Shown: positions 27,389-36,011 of the stretch, piece by piece
Numbering within the stretch: position 1 is the first letter of the stretch
Layout of the letters: each line of letters begins with the position of its first letter
From: a virus
Taxonomy: Duplodnaviria; Caudoviricetes
Virus record (IMG/VR): IMGVR_UViG_3300020426_000014
Coordinates: 1-38,070 of that record
Strand: one strand, 5' to 3'
DNA: 38,070 nt
The notes under the pieces: model-generated
Databases searched by the model: none
The model's input: only the letters and a program-made list of their open reading frames with translations
Told to the model about the DNA's origin: nothing
Made by a program: the position numbers and the translations under genes

Positions 27389-28564
27389 TCATTTCCGCCT
27401 CCAAATCTTGCGAGGTTTCCCGCCACCTTCCGGCCTATGCGTGCCCCTCTCGAAGCCAATCTGCCCCAGCGCCGAGGCGACCCGCATCTGCGCCCTCTTG
27501 TCCTTGCGCTCATGGGGGATGCCCAATTCAGTCAGGGCTTCATCTGTCGTCACTTCTGCCTTGCCATACAGCTTGTGAGCCAGGATCGGGGCCCAGGCAT
27601 CCTCTTCCTCGCGCTCGCCCTGTTCGGACGCGGCAACCCGGTTTTCATCACCCTCCAGCCACCAGCGCTCGCCATTGCGATAGCGATGGACAGCCTCTGC
27701 CCAAAGCTGATCCCGACTGCGCAGGATGCCTTCGATGTCGATCTTCGTGACCGTGACGGGCCAATAGCGCCTGTTACCGGTGCTGTCGGTCAGATAACCC
27801 ATGCTGTCAGGATTGATCGTGCCGAAGAAAATGCAGCGCCTGGGGTGCGTGCTGGCCATCTTCGCATAGGGAAGGACGACACGGTCGGAGCGCATGGAGA
27901 TGAGCCCCTTGACAGCCCCCTGCTCCTTGCGGACGACAGCGACGAATTCGGCCAGCTCGACACACCACGCGCCCATCATCTGCATGACCATCTTGTTGTG
28001 CTGGTCGAACAGGCTGACCGACTCTGCGGTATATTCCTCGCCGAACAGCGCCGCGATGGCGCTGGACTTTTTCAGCCCCTGCTCGCCTTCCAACACCATG
28101 ATCGTGTCGACCTTGCATCCCGGCTCATATGCCCGCGCAACGGCGCTGATCAGAACCTTGGGGCCAACGAGCTTAACGAAGTCGCTTGCCGGCGCGCCAA
28201 GCAGGTGCGGCATCCAGCGCTCCAGCCTGGCAGTGCCGTCCCAACGCAGCGCATTGAGATAGTCGACTACCGGATTATAGCTGTTCTCGCGGCAAACTCG
28301 GTCGATGGCAGGGCGAATATCGCGATCCTGAGGTTGGTAATTATTCCGCTCGATGATCAGGCGAATGTCGACGACATCGGGATCTTCGATCGGCTTGCCA
28401 TTCCATTCGATCGCCTGCGTCATCTCATTGAAGCGCAGGCTTTTGCCCAAGCCCTGCAGGCCGCGAAGATGCGCGATCGTGTTGGTGAGGTTCCGTTTCG
28501 GCCCCTTGTCGCCCATCAGCAGATTGTGGCGCCACGCATTGAGGTCAACGATGTTGGTCATCAT
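27389..28564 (-). CDS. VapE/VirE-family replication ATPase/helicase
   Basis: YNPVVDYLNALRWDGTARLE, AVARAYEPGCKVD, Walker A GEQGLKKSS, DSTGNRRYWPV, RDQLWAEA. Confidence 0.92.
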   Translation of the reverse strand: MMTNIVDLNAWRHNLLMGDKGPKRNLTNTIAHLRGLQGLGKSLRFNEMTQAIEWNGKPIEDPDVVDIRLIIERNNYQPQDRDIRPAIDRVCRENSYNPVVDYLNALRWDGTARLERWMPHLLGAPASDFVKLVGPKVLISAVARAYEPGCKVDTIMVLEGEQGLKKSSAIAALFGEEYTAESVSLFDQHNKMVMQMMGAWCVELAEFVAVVRKEQGAVKGLISMRSDRVVLPYAKMASTHPRRCIFFGTINPDSMGYLTDSTGNRRYWPVTVTKIDIEGILRSRDQLWAEAVHRYRNGERWWLEGDENRVAASEQGEREEEDAWAPILAHKLYGKAEVTTDEALTELGIPHERKDKRAQMRVASALGQIGFERGTHRPEGGGKPRKIWRRK

Positions 28565-29331
28565 GCCGCCCTCGCAATCTGCAGGTGGCTTTCGACGTGC
28601 GTCACACGCGCCTGCCGGAATATCGCCTTTTTCAGCTTGGCTGCGTCGACGCCGGCTCCTGCAGTTATGGCGGTGACACGGGGCCAGATGATCTTGCTTA
28701 TGTCACCCACGGCGAGCGCGGATGGCGCGCAGCCCGACCAGAAGGGATCGATGTTGGCGCAGCGGCCTGCTTCTTCCTTGCGGAAAAACCATTCGACCGC
28801 CGCGCTGGCGATTTCACGAACCCAAGTCTTGCCATCCGCAGTGACGGTGAAACGGTCGCCTGCAGCCTGGCTGACTAGCGTGTCGGTATCGCCGCTGTGC
28901 AGGACTACGCGTCCTCTACTGGGGTCAATCAGGACGATTTCCTCTGGCTGGTCAAACTTGCTGCCAAGGGGGCAGGGTAGGGGAAGCGGGACGGCCAGAA
29001 ACCAATGGCCATCAACCCGCATCGGCGCGAAGCAGGACAGGGCGATGCTCATCATCGGATCGCTGGCGTCGAAGTTCAGTGCCTTCGCCTTCCAGGCCGT
29101 GGCCTTGGCGGGATCGCGGAATTGGCTGCGAACGGCCTTGCGCCAGGCAGTGCCGATCGTGTCGCCGGCCATGTCGTCAAGGATCGTTATCATCTGGCGC
29201 TGAAAGCGCGCGGCTTCGCCGTAGGCGTGGTGCTGCAGATAGCCCTTGATAGTTTCACTGGCATCGGTCGCAACCGCATCGAAATAGGGGCGCGCTGGCT
29301 GGTTGATGTCGATGACGTCGCGGTGTCTCAC
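28561..29331 (-). CDS. Hypothetical protein in the primase position (GTG start 29331)
   Basis: GTGA overlap with the VRR-NUC stop; no recognisable primase catalytic motif. Confidence 0.7.
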   Translation of the reverse strand: MRHRDVIDINQPARPYFDAVATDASETIKGYLQHHAYGEAARFQRQMITILDDMAGDTIGTAWRKAVRSQFRDPAKATAWKAKALNFDASDPMMSIALSCFAPMRVDGHWFLAVPLPLPCPLGSKFDQPEEIVLIDPSRGRVVLHSGDTDTLVSQAAGDRFTVTADGKTWVREIASAAVEWFFRKEEAGRCANIDPFWSGCAPSALAVGDISKIIWPRVTAITAGAGVDAAKLKKAIFRQARVTHVESHLQIARAA

Positions 29332-29648
29332 GCCAGACCCTCCGACTTGAGGGTGTCCATCACCTGCCCGACCGAGCGAGCTTCGATGAAAATGCCGCCG
29401 TGCCGCTCTACGGCATCGCGGAATCGGCGCTGTGGCGTGGAAAGCTGGCCCTTGCCAGTCTTGCACTCGATACCAACAAACCGACCCTTGATGCAGGCCA
29501 GAATATCGGAGCTGCCGGTGAGGCCTGATTTGAACGGCTTGCCGTCGCGCGTGTAGGCGAGGCCTGGCGTGTCATTGCTCCAGCACAAGCCGAGTGGCGA
29601 CACAGCCAAAAGGATCGAGCGGACAAGGTCTGTGTGGGCGGCGTTCAT
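29328..29648 (-). CDS. VRR-NUC domain nuclease
   Basis: GSSDILAC..GRFVGIECKTGKGQLSTPQRRF PD-(D/E)xK motif. Confidence 0.92.
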   Translation of the reverse strand: MNAAHTDLVRSILLAVSPLGLCWSNDTPGLAYTRDGKPFKSGLTGSSDILACIKGRFVGIECKTGKGQLSTPQRRFRDAVERHGGIFIEARSVGQVMDTLKSEGLA

Positions 29649-31054
29649 GCGTAGCGCCTCCCATATGAAGGCTGATAGCGTGCGCGCGCTTGCTGCCGAG
29701 CGGCGTGGAACTTGGCCGCCCAGACTGCAGGATTTTTATATCCGCGCGCCTTTCCTAGCGCGATCAGGTCATCAACGCTCTGAGCGCGCCTCTCTTCCTG
29801 CTTGCGAGCGGCGCGAAGGACAGCCGGGTCCACCTCCTGCAGCGTGCCATCGACATGCTCGATCTCGCGGCCTTTTGCCTCAGCGACATGGCCGCATTGC
29901 GGGCACTTCGGCGCAGGCCGATAGACCGCAAAGCACTCGCTGCAGGTCTTGATGGCGACGGTCGCCTTATCCAATTTCTTGCGCTTCTCGCGATCGGACA
30001 AAGTCCATTCCCGGTCATCGTCGGGGAGCCCGTGCGTCAGGCTGTTCCCGGCATGGTCGAGAATGATTGCCTCCGCCTTGCCAGGCGACGGCCGAAGAGC
30101 GCGCCCGACCTGCTGCAGGTGCAGGCTCAAGGACTTCGTCGGGCGCAGCAGGATGACCGCCTCGATCGCAGGCACGTCGAAGCCTTCGCCGAACAGTTCG
30201 CAGTTGGTCAGGATAAGCGTTTCGCCCGCAATGAAGCGCTGGATCGCGCCGTCGCGGCTTGCGCTGTCCATTGTGCCATCGACATGTTCGGCGCGGATGC
30301 CGCTGGCATTGAACTGGGCGGCGATATGGCGGCTGTGGTCGACATTGACGGCGAAGGCGACCGCCCGTTTCCCTGCGCAAAGGCGGCGGTAGTGATTGAC
30401 CGCGTCACCGACGATCGTCGGCTTGTCCATCAATTTGGCAAGATCATCCTTCTTGAAGTCGCCGGCCTGCAGTTTGATGGCACTGGTGTCGATCTGCGTC
30501 GGGGCGAACAGGCGATAGCCTGACAGGCTTCCTTCGGCGATGAGTTCGGCCACTGTCGGCCCGCTGACCATTTCTTCGAACCACTGACCCAGTCCTTTGC
30601 CGTCCAATCGCCATGGCGTGGCCGTGAGGCCGATGATCTTGGCCTGCGGATAGGCGTCGAATACCTTCTGCCACTGGCTGGCGCCCAGATGGTGGCATTC
30701 GTCAAAGATGATCAGGTCTGGCGGCGTGAGGGTTTCGAGCCGGCGCGCGACCGTCTGGATGCTGCCGATCTGGACACGCTTGCCGGGGTCGGACGAATTG
30801 CCGCCGGCGATGATGCCATGCATGATGCCCATTGCGGCGAAGGTCTTGGACGTCTGCCCGATCAATTCCCGACGGTGGGCAAGCCACCAGCAGATTTTTC
30901 CCTTTGCGCTGCTGCCGGCTATCATTTGTGACCCCGAAACGGTCTTGCCGCCACCAGTGGGAAGCTGCAGCAGGACGGCGCGCTTGCGTTCGCGGAAGGC
31001 ATCGCGCGCCCCGTCCAATAGAGCGACCTGGTAGGGGCGGAGGGTGACTGTCAT
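29645..31054 (-). CDS. SF2 DEAD/DEAH helicase with C-terminal Zn finger
   Basis: LRPYQ, PTGGGKT, DECHH, GLTATP, EGFDVP, QQVGRALR, CSEC...CPQCG. Confidence 0.95.
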   Translation of the reverse strand: MTVTLRPYQVALLDGARDAFRERKRAVLLQLPTGGGKTVSGSQMIAGSSAKGKICWWLAHRRELIGQTSKTFAAMGIMHGIIAGGNSSDPGKRVQIGSIQTVARRLETLTPPDLIIFDECHHLGASQWQKVFDAYPQAKIIGLTATPWRLDGKGLGQWFEEMVSGPTVAELIAEGSLSGYRLFAPTQIDTSAIKLQAGDFKKDDLAKLMDKPTIVGDAVNHYRRLCAGKRAVAFAVNVDHSRHIAAQFNASGIRAEHVDGTMDSASRDGAIQRFIAGETLILTNCELFGEGFDVPAIEAVILLRPTKSLSLHLQQVGRALRPSPGKAEAIILDHAGNSLTHGLPDDDREWTLSDREKRKKLDKATVAIKTCSECFAVYRPAPKCPQCGHVAEAKGREIEHVDGTLQEVDPAVLRAARKQEERRAQSVDDLIALGKARGYKNPAVWAAKFHAARQQARARYQPSYGRRYA

Positions 31055-31341
31055 TGCCGCATCCCCAAATATGCCCGCGCGAACGTCAGCGGTCGCGCCC
31101 GATGCTCAGCAGGGATCGCCAGCTTCTTCGACGTGCGCACAACCAGTTCCTCGATCGCATCGCACAGCATCTCGCAGCCTTTCTGCTGCGCGGACTGGCG
31201 CATCGCGAACTCGTTTTCGCCGGTTCCGGCAGAGGCGGGAAAATAGGGGTCTTCCTTGTATTGCCGCATGGCGACCGGCCCCCGCCGCGCCTTCCGCTCC
31301 GCTTCCTTGACGGCATCCTGCATGGGGGCGGGGGTCATCAC
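31051..31341 (-). CDS. Hypothetical protein
   Basis: 96 aa, GGAGG RBS, coupled at both ends. Confidence 0.7.
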   Translation of the reverse strand: MMTPAPMQDAVKEAERKARRGPVAMRQYKEDPYFPASAGTGENEFAMRQSAQQKGCEMLCDAIEELVVRTSKKLAIPAEHRARPLTFARAYLGMRQ

Positions 31342-31820
31342 GCCACCTCCCGAGGCCGGCGCAGCGCCTCGATCTGGCCCAGCCAGTTGCCCGTTGCACC
31401 GTGCAGCTGTCGGATCAGCAATTCCATGCCCAGCAGCTCGCTATGAACGACCGCGCGTCCACCGGGGCTGTCGGGATGCTCTGCCTCAGCCAGCTTGACC
31501 ATGAGGCGAGCGATCAGCAGCGAAGCATCGTCGCTGTCGCAAACAGCATCCTCATCGACCAGGCGCTTGCCCTTTTCGCGCAGATATTCGTCCAAGACGG
31601 TAGGGCAGGCGTCCAGCGCGGCGTCGATGCAGTCGAAGCCCGGCATTGATCCGACCAGCTGCTTGTCGAGCGCCGTTGTGGAAATGCCGAGTGCATCTGC
31701 GAACCTGCCCTTGCCCAGCTTGGCGATGGCGCGGGTCCAGCCCTGCATGAGCAAGGAGTGCAACTGCGGTTTCGAAAGGTCGCGGCGTTTGCCAACGACC
31801 GTTTGGTCATTCTGTTGCAT
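31338..31820 (-). CDS. CII-position HTH-like regulator (start 31820 or 31832)
   Basis: GKGRFADALGISTTALDKQL HTH-like segment; DSPGGRAVVHSEL; located downstream of cro. Confidence 0.65.
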   Translation of the reverse strand: MQQNDQTVVGKRRDLSKPQLHSLLMQGWTRAIAKLGKGRFADALGISTTALDKQLVGSMPGFDCIDAALDACPTVLDEYLREKGKRLVDEDAVCDSDDASLLIARLMVKLAEAEHPDSPGGRAVVHSELLGMELLIRQLHGATGNWLGQIEALRRPREVA

Positions 31821-31935
31821 TGCGGCATCCATGATCGAGGTTAACCTGAAACATTCCAGCGCCACCCCCGCAGAGGGGAGTGACAGGGGCAGCGCCGTCG
31901 CTGGGGGCAACGATGGGGGAGAGGTGCCGGCGCAT

Positions 31936-32256
31936 TCAGGCGGGCACCTTGGGTTTCAGCGAGCGCATAGCTTCGGTGAAGGCGGGATCGGCGGGGAGGA
32001 TTGGGCGGAAGTGTCGGGCGTCGAAAACGATGTCAGATGGCTGGCCGCAGAGCCGCAGATAAACCAGCTCGCACAGCTCTTCATCGCGCCAGTGCAGTTC
32101 AACCGCATCTACGCGCCATTCGCTGCCGACCGTGGGAGCGAGCTTTTCCTTGATGACGCTGCACTCGTTCGCCGCGCGCGCCCCGTATCCGTCAGGAGGG
32201 GAGTCCAGGCCCAAAACGCACTTCGCGCGATCCCCAGCTTTCCACTGATGCGCCAC
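31936..32256 (-). CDS. Hypothetical protein
   Basis: 106 aa, WKAGDRAKCV...FDARHFRPI SH3-like phage pattern. Confidence 0.7.
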   Translation of the reverse strand: MAHQWKAGDRAKCVLGLDSPPDGYGARAANECSVIKEKLAPTVGSEWRVDAVELHWRDEELCELVYLRLCGQPSDIVFDARHFRPILPADPAFTEAMRSLKPKVPA

Positions 32257-32259
32257 CCC

Positions 32260-32433
32260 TCACCCCCTCTCAAAAGGCACGACGCCAGCGGCGACCAGAT
32301 CGCTGCACCGGCAGTCCTGAAACGGCAGATGACACCCCTTGCAGCGGTCCACGCCCGCAACAGCGTCGGCGAGGTCTTCGAGGAACTCCGCAGCCTGGCG
32401 CTGGATGGTGTCGGTGTGGGGGAGGGGGGTCAT
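32260..32433 (-). CDS. 57-aa Cys-rich (CxxC-x6-CxC) protein
   Basis: Not in ORF track: MTPLPHTDTIQRQAAEFLEDLADAVAGVDRCKGCHLPFQDCRCSDL...; GAAGGA RBS. Confidence 0.6.
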   Translation of the reverse strand: MTPLPHTDTIQRQAAEFLEDLADAVAGVDRCKGCHLPFQDCRCSDLVAAGVVPFERG

Positions 32434-32477
32434 GACCGATCCTTCCGTGCTACAGTCGCGGCGAAGGGAGATTCGCC

Positions 32478-32753
32478 ATGTCGCCGGAAGCCGAGGACGA
32501 GATTTGGGGCGCGATCACCGCGCTCAATCACTTGCTGGAGCATACGTGGGCATTCATGCTGCACAGCGCCGACGACCCAATTGCGGCAACGCGCAAAGTT
32601 CGTGGCGCGGTGTTGCGCGACCTCGACCTTCCGAGCGATCAGCCGGGCAGCGATGCTAATTTTCGCGCGCTGGCCCATGCTACTTCAATCCTTGAGGATT
32701 TTTGGGACCGCGTGGAATACCGCGCGTCTCCCGATCGAAAACCTTCGGACTGA
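32478..32753 (+). CDS. Antisense hypothetical protein inside the cro operon
   Basis: Extended -10 TGcTACAGT (32448-32456), AAGGGAG RBS, helical 91-aa product. Confidence 0.6.
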   Translation: MSPEAEDEIWGAITALNHLLEHTWAFMLHSADDPIAATRKVRGAVLRDLDLPSDQPGSDANFRALAHATSILEDFWDRVEYRASPDRKPSD

Positions 32754-32798
32754 CAGGAGGACGGACGCAGTATGCCGCGACCTGATCGGTAAACGCGC

Positions 32799-32981
32799 TC
32801 ACGCTGCCGCACTCCTTTCCCGAGGGGCGCGGGTGGGATCGGCGATTTCGATCAATGCGCGAAGGCACCTAGTCGCATGATCCAAGGTGCTTGCGGCTTG
32901 GCGCATGACCCAAATCGAGAGCGCGATGTTCATCAAGAAGATGGCGAGGCTCGCCACCAAGAAGATTTCGGCGGACGTCAT
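32799..32981 (-). CDS. Small membrane protein (60 aa)
   Basis: ATG 32981 overlaps the cro stop; N-terminal TM. Confidence 0.6.
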   Translation of the reverse strand: MTSAEIFLVASLAIFLMNIALSIWVMRQAASTLDHATRCLRALIEIADPTRAPRERSAAA

Positions 32982-33217
32982 GCAGCAACACTCCGCTCGC
33001 GAGCGGCGGGCGGCGTCCACGGGTTGTGGCGCTCAAGAACGGCAATGTCGTCGTCCCGCATCTTGGCGATCGTCTGATGACGCCAGCCCAGCTTGCGGTA
33101 GATCGCGATGGCGAGGCTGACAGGCGGGACGCGGTGCCCGCCGATGATCTTGTTCGCATAGGACGGGCTGATGCCAACGGCCTCGCAGATGGACTGTGCG
33201 TTGGGTGCGTTGCTCAT
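32978..33217 (-). CDS. cro: Cro-like HTH repressor
   Basis: AQSICEAVGISPSYANKIIGGHRVPPVSLAIAI HTH; divergent from cI. Confidence 0.85.
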   Translation of the reverse strand: MSNAPNAQSICEAVGISPSYANKIIGGHRVPPVSLAIAIYRKLGWRHQTIAKMRDDDIAVLERHNPWTPPAARERSVAA

Positions 33218-33222
33218 GAGCC

Positions 33223-33309
33223 CTTGTCACAGATTGTGACTTTGAAGGCAAGCGCTAAATGTCACAGTCTGTGCGGCGACCCGGCCATGCAGCCATGGCA
33301 TATTGTGAC
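33223..33309. promoter_or_regulatory. OR-like operator/promoter region
   Basis: GTCACAgatTGTGAC (33226-33240), GTCACAgtcTGTGcg (33261-33275), half site TTGTGAC (33303-33309); minus-strand TTGCCT-17-GACAAG-5-ATG(cro). Confidence 0.85.
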
Positions 33310-33310
33310 C

Positions 33311-33637
33311 ATGGACGATCAGTCGAAGAATGGCGGCCCGAACCATCTTCGGGCATGGCGGGAATACCGTAAACTGACACAGGCTGAGCTTGCGTCAGAG
33401 GTCGGCACCAACGCGAACATGATCGGCTATCTCGAAAGCGGCGAGCGTGGCTTGTCCGCCAAATGGCTTCGCCGGCTTGCGGACGCCTTGAAGATCACGC
33501 CGGGGCATTTGCTGGACCACGATCCCAGCAGCCTTCCGACTGATATTTTGGAAATCTGGATGAATGCTGACCCTGGGCAGCGTCGCCAGCTCGCCGAAGT
33601 CGCCAAGGCGTTAGTTCGCACCGGCACTGACGGCTAA
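33311..33637 (+). CDS. cI: CI-like XRE repressor without S24 peptidase domain (start 33311, alternative 33287)
   Basis: HLRAWREYRKLTQAELASEVGTNANMIGYLESGERGLSAKWLRRLADALKITPGHLL. Confidence 0.9.
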   Translation: MDDQSKNGGPNHLRAWREYRKLTQAELASEVGTNANMIGYLESGERGLSAKWLRRLADALKITPGHLLDHDPSSLPTDILEIWMNADPGQRRQLAEVAKALVRTGTDG

Positions 33638-33723
33638 AGCCGCCGCACCACTTTCCTACAGCCAAGAAATACGCCTACGATCGCGCCTTGCGAGGCTGCG
33701 ATTCGCGAACTGTGAGCAGGGAA

Positions 33724-33775
33724 ATCACAAAATGTGATATTTCCGCTTGACGCTGCCATCACAATCTGTGACAAC
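33724..33775 (+). promoter_or_regulatory. OL-like operators and early promoter
   Basis: ATCACAaaaTGTGAT (33724-33738), ATCACAatcTGTGAC (33758-33772); TTGACG(33747)-17-GACAAC. Confidence 0.85.
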
Positions 33776-33815
33776 CAATCCCACAGCGGCACCCCGCCGC
33801 GCCGGAGATTGGAAG

Positions 33816-33968
33816 ATGTTTACTCCCGACCAGAAAATCAGCGCTCAGGTTCTCGCCAAGGTTGCGGGCGGGATGGACGTTGTTGATGCGCTCAAAGCTG
33901 TTTGTGGCGCTGACAAAGTCGAACGGATGATTGCCGACCTCTACAATGGCCTTCGCGAGAAGGCCTGA
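33816..33968 (+). CDS. Early hypothetical protein (50 aa)
   Basis: GGAGA RBS, ATG 33816. Confidence 0.7.
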   Translation: MFTPDQKISAQVLAKVAGGMDVVDALKAVCGADKVERMIADLYNGLREKA

Positions 33969-33971
33969 GAG

Positions 33972-34223
33972 GTGAGCGGCGTTTCGGAAAAACAGAGGAT
34001 GCGGGATGCGCTTAGGCTCACTGAGCGCAACCTCTGCTCTCTGATCGGAGCGCGTGATGACCTCGGCCTTTCTCATGACGGGATGGTCATTCACAATCTG
34101 CTGGTCACATGGCGCAACGCCTGCCGCCGCGCGCTTGGCTATTCCAACGCTGTAGAGCGCGAATGCATCTGCCCACAGTGCGGGATCAGGCACGGCATTC
34201 ATCACAAACCCGCAGATTTTTGA
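33972..34223 (+). CDS. Early hypothetical protein with C-terminal CxCxxC/His cluster
   Basis: 83 aa, ECICPQCGIRH. Confidence 0.6.
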   Translation: MSGVSEKQRMRDALRLTERNLCSLIGARDDLGLSHDGMVIHNLLVTWRNACRRALGYSNAVERECICPQCGIRHGIHHKPADF

Positions 34224-34280
34224 CCCATCACCGGACCCAGCCCCACGGCTGGGCGAGGATGACGAGTTTGGAGATTGGAA

Positions 34281-34853
34281 ATGCAAATCGATCAATCGAA
34301 AATCGAACAGGCGATCGTTGCCGAGGCCGTCGATAAGTTCATTGGCGATGATGATATTTACACCCGCATCCGCGACGGCATCAACGCTCGGATCGACAAG
34401 GTTTTTGCGGAAAAGGTTTCGCTTGTCATCGCGGAAACGGTGGAGCGCATCGTCAACGAAGGCTTTGAGCGCACCTATCACAAAACCGACAGCTTCGGCC
34501 GCCCTGTAGGCCAGCCCACTTCGATCAGCAAGGAGCTTGAAACGCTTGTCGGCAACTACTGGACCGAACGTGTCGATCGCAACGGCAAGAAAACCGACAG
34601 CAGCTATTCCAGCATGTCACGTGCCGAATGGATGATGGCCCAAATATGTGCTGACGACTTCTCCAAGGAGATGAAGCAGCATGTGGTGAATGTGGCTGGC
34701 GCGCTCAAGGATCATTTCCGGGGCGTCCTTAACGAACACATCGCTTCCATGCTTTCGGATGTCTTTCGGGTCCAGACCGCTGGCGACAAGGCCATGAAGA
34801 ACAATGGTGGGTCCGCCATCATCCATCCCCCTGCTGGTCCGGTGGGAGGGTGA
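34281..34853 (+). CDS. Early hypothetical protein (190 aa)
   Basis: GGAGA RBS, ATG 34281. Confidence 0.8.
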   Translation: MQIDQSKIEQAIVAEAVDKFIGDDDIYTRIRDGINARIDKVFAEKVSLVIAETVERIVNEGFERTYHKTDSFGRPVGQPTSISKELETLVGNYWTERVDRNGKKTDSSYSSMSRAEWMMAQICADDFSKEMKQHVVNVAGALKDHFRGVLNEHIASMLSDVFRVQTAGDKAMKNNGGSAIIHPPAGPVGG

Positions 34854-34854
34854 T

Positions 34855-35187
34855 ATGCCCCGCAGCGACTTCGCCACCAGCGCCGAATACCACGCCGACG
34901 CCGAACGCCGCGCCTATGACCTGCTGAACGAGCAGATCGCGCGCATCGACGCCGCCCTGGATTTCCTCAAGCTGAACCGCGGCCGCGTGGTGCCGGGCAT
35001 CTATGCTGGCCTGCACACGCAACTGGTCGGCCTGCGCAACCGGGCAGAGGGCTTTCTGGTCATGCCAGATCATGGCGGCGCGACGGCCATCGGCACCATG
35101 GGCGCGAACGGATGCGGCCCGAAGATCACAGCGCTGATCGAGAGCGTCGATTTCCACGCCAACCGCCCCGCGTCGATCGCCGCCTGA
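34855..35187 (+). CDS. Early hypothetical protein
   Basis: GGGAGG RBS, ATG 34855, typical codon use. Confidence 0.75.
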   Translation: MPRSDFATSAEYHADAERRAYDLLNEQIARIDAALDFLKLNRGRVVPGIYAGLHTQLVGLRNRAEGFLVMPDHGGATAIGTMGANGCGPKITALIESVDFHANRPASIAA

Positions 35188-35213
35188 TCGCCCAGCATAG
35201 GAGATTTGAGCCA

Positions 35214-35444
35214 ATGAACGCCATCGCCCAAGTTCACGCCGCCTGCGAAAACGCATCGGCCATGAACCTCATGCTGGCCCTGCGCACCGTGTCGGAGGCC
35301 GAACGCGCACTCAGGGAGCATCGCATCGGCTTCGAGGAACGTCAGCGGCTGGAGCGCAGCTGGAAGGCGTCCGTCCAAAATGCGCGCATTGCCCTCAATG
35401 CCGCTCAGGTCGATCCTGACATGCTGTGGAGGGCGCTGCTGTGA
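35214..35444 (+). CDS. Early hypothetical protein
   Basis: AGGAG RBS, ATG 35214. Confidence 0.7.
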   Translation: MNAIAQVHAACENASAMNLMLALRTVSEAERALREHRIGFEERQRLERSWKASVQNARIALNAAQVDPDMLWRALL

Positions 35445-35626
35445 TCCGCCACCACACCTTATGGGCCGACCCGCGTTTGGCAGAGGCATATGACCTCGTT
35501 GCTGACGTGGTGCGCGATCATTCCATCGCCGAGGACAAGTTGCCCGAAGTGGCGGCGGTCCTGATCGAGATCGACAACGCCGACCAGATGTTGGCCGGCA
35601 TCCTTCATGAACGGAGGGCGAAATGA
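35441..35626 (+). CDS. Early hypothetical protein (GTG start)
   Basis: GTGA overlap, GGAGG RBS. Confidence 0.65.
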   Translation: MIRHHTLWADPRLAEAYDLVADVVRDHSIAEDKLPEVAAVLIEIDNADQMLAGILHERRAK

Positions 35627-35898
35627 CCCACTACCTCAACGGCTTTGTGCCTGATGTCGAATGCCCCAGATGCCATGGCAATGGCTGGCTTCCGCGCCGG
35701 TGGGCATTCAACAGCCGGGTTCAACTGACCGAGGAAGATTGCCCCGACTGCGCTGGTCATGGCTGGCGGCCGATGACGGACGAGGAGATTGACGACGCTG
35801 CGGCCGACGCATTCTCCGACATGTGCGAAGGCGAGCCGCCCGTCACGATGGCAGAGCAATATCAGCGCGCCGCCGAAGAAAAGCGGAGGCTTTCATGA
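35623..35898 (+). CDS. Zn-finger protein (CxxCxGxG repeats)
   Basis: CPRCHGNG and CPDCAGHG. Confidence 0.75.
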   Translation: MTHYLNGFVPDVECPRCHGNGWLPRRWAFNSRVQLTEEDCPDCAGHGWRPMTDEEIDDAAADAFSDMCEGEPPVTMAEQYQRAAEEKRRLS

Positions 35899-36011
35899 CC
35901 CGCATCCTCTCCGCGCTCCGCAACTCCGGTTCGCATATCCGCCTGTCTACAGGGGAGGCAATCGCAACGGCGGTGATCGTTTTTGCGATGCCTTGGGTGT
36001 GGGTGTTGTGA
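35895..36011 (+). CDS. 38-aa membrane peptide
   Basis: GGAGG RBS, ATGA and GTGA overlaps, C-terminal TM. Confidence 0.55.
   Translation: MTRILSALRNSGSHIRLSTGEAIATAVIVFAMPWVWVL

Noticed and set aside
32799-33001. Similar C-termini RERSVAA (cro) and RERSAAA (next ORF)
   Set aside because: Explained by an embedded GGAG SD plus start/stop coupling
33026-33310. 203-aa N-terminally extended cI from the ORF track
   Set aside because: The extension overlaps cro and the operators; the HTH begins after 33311
33680-33702. Hairpin after cI as a terminator
   Set aside because: Bulged stem with no U-tract; insufficient support
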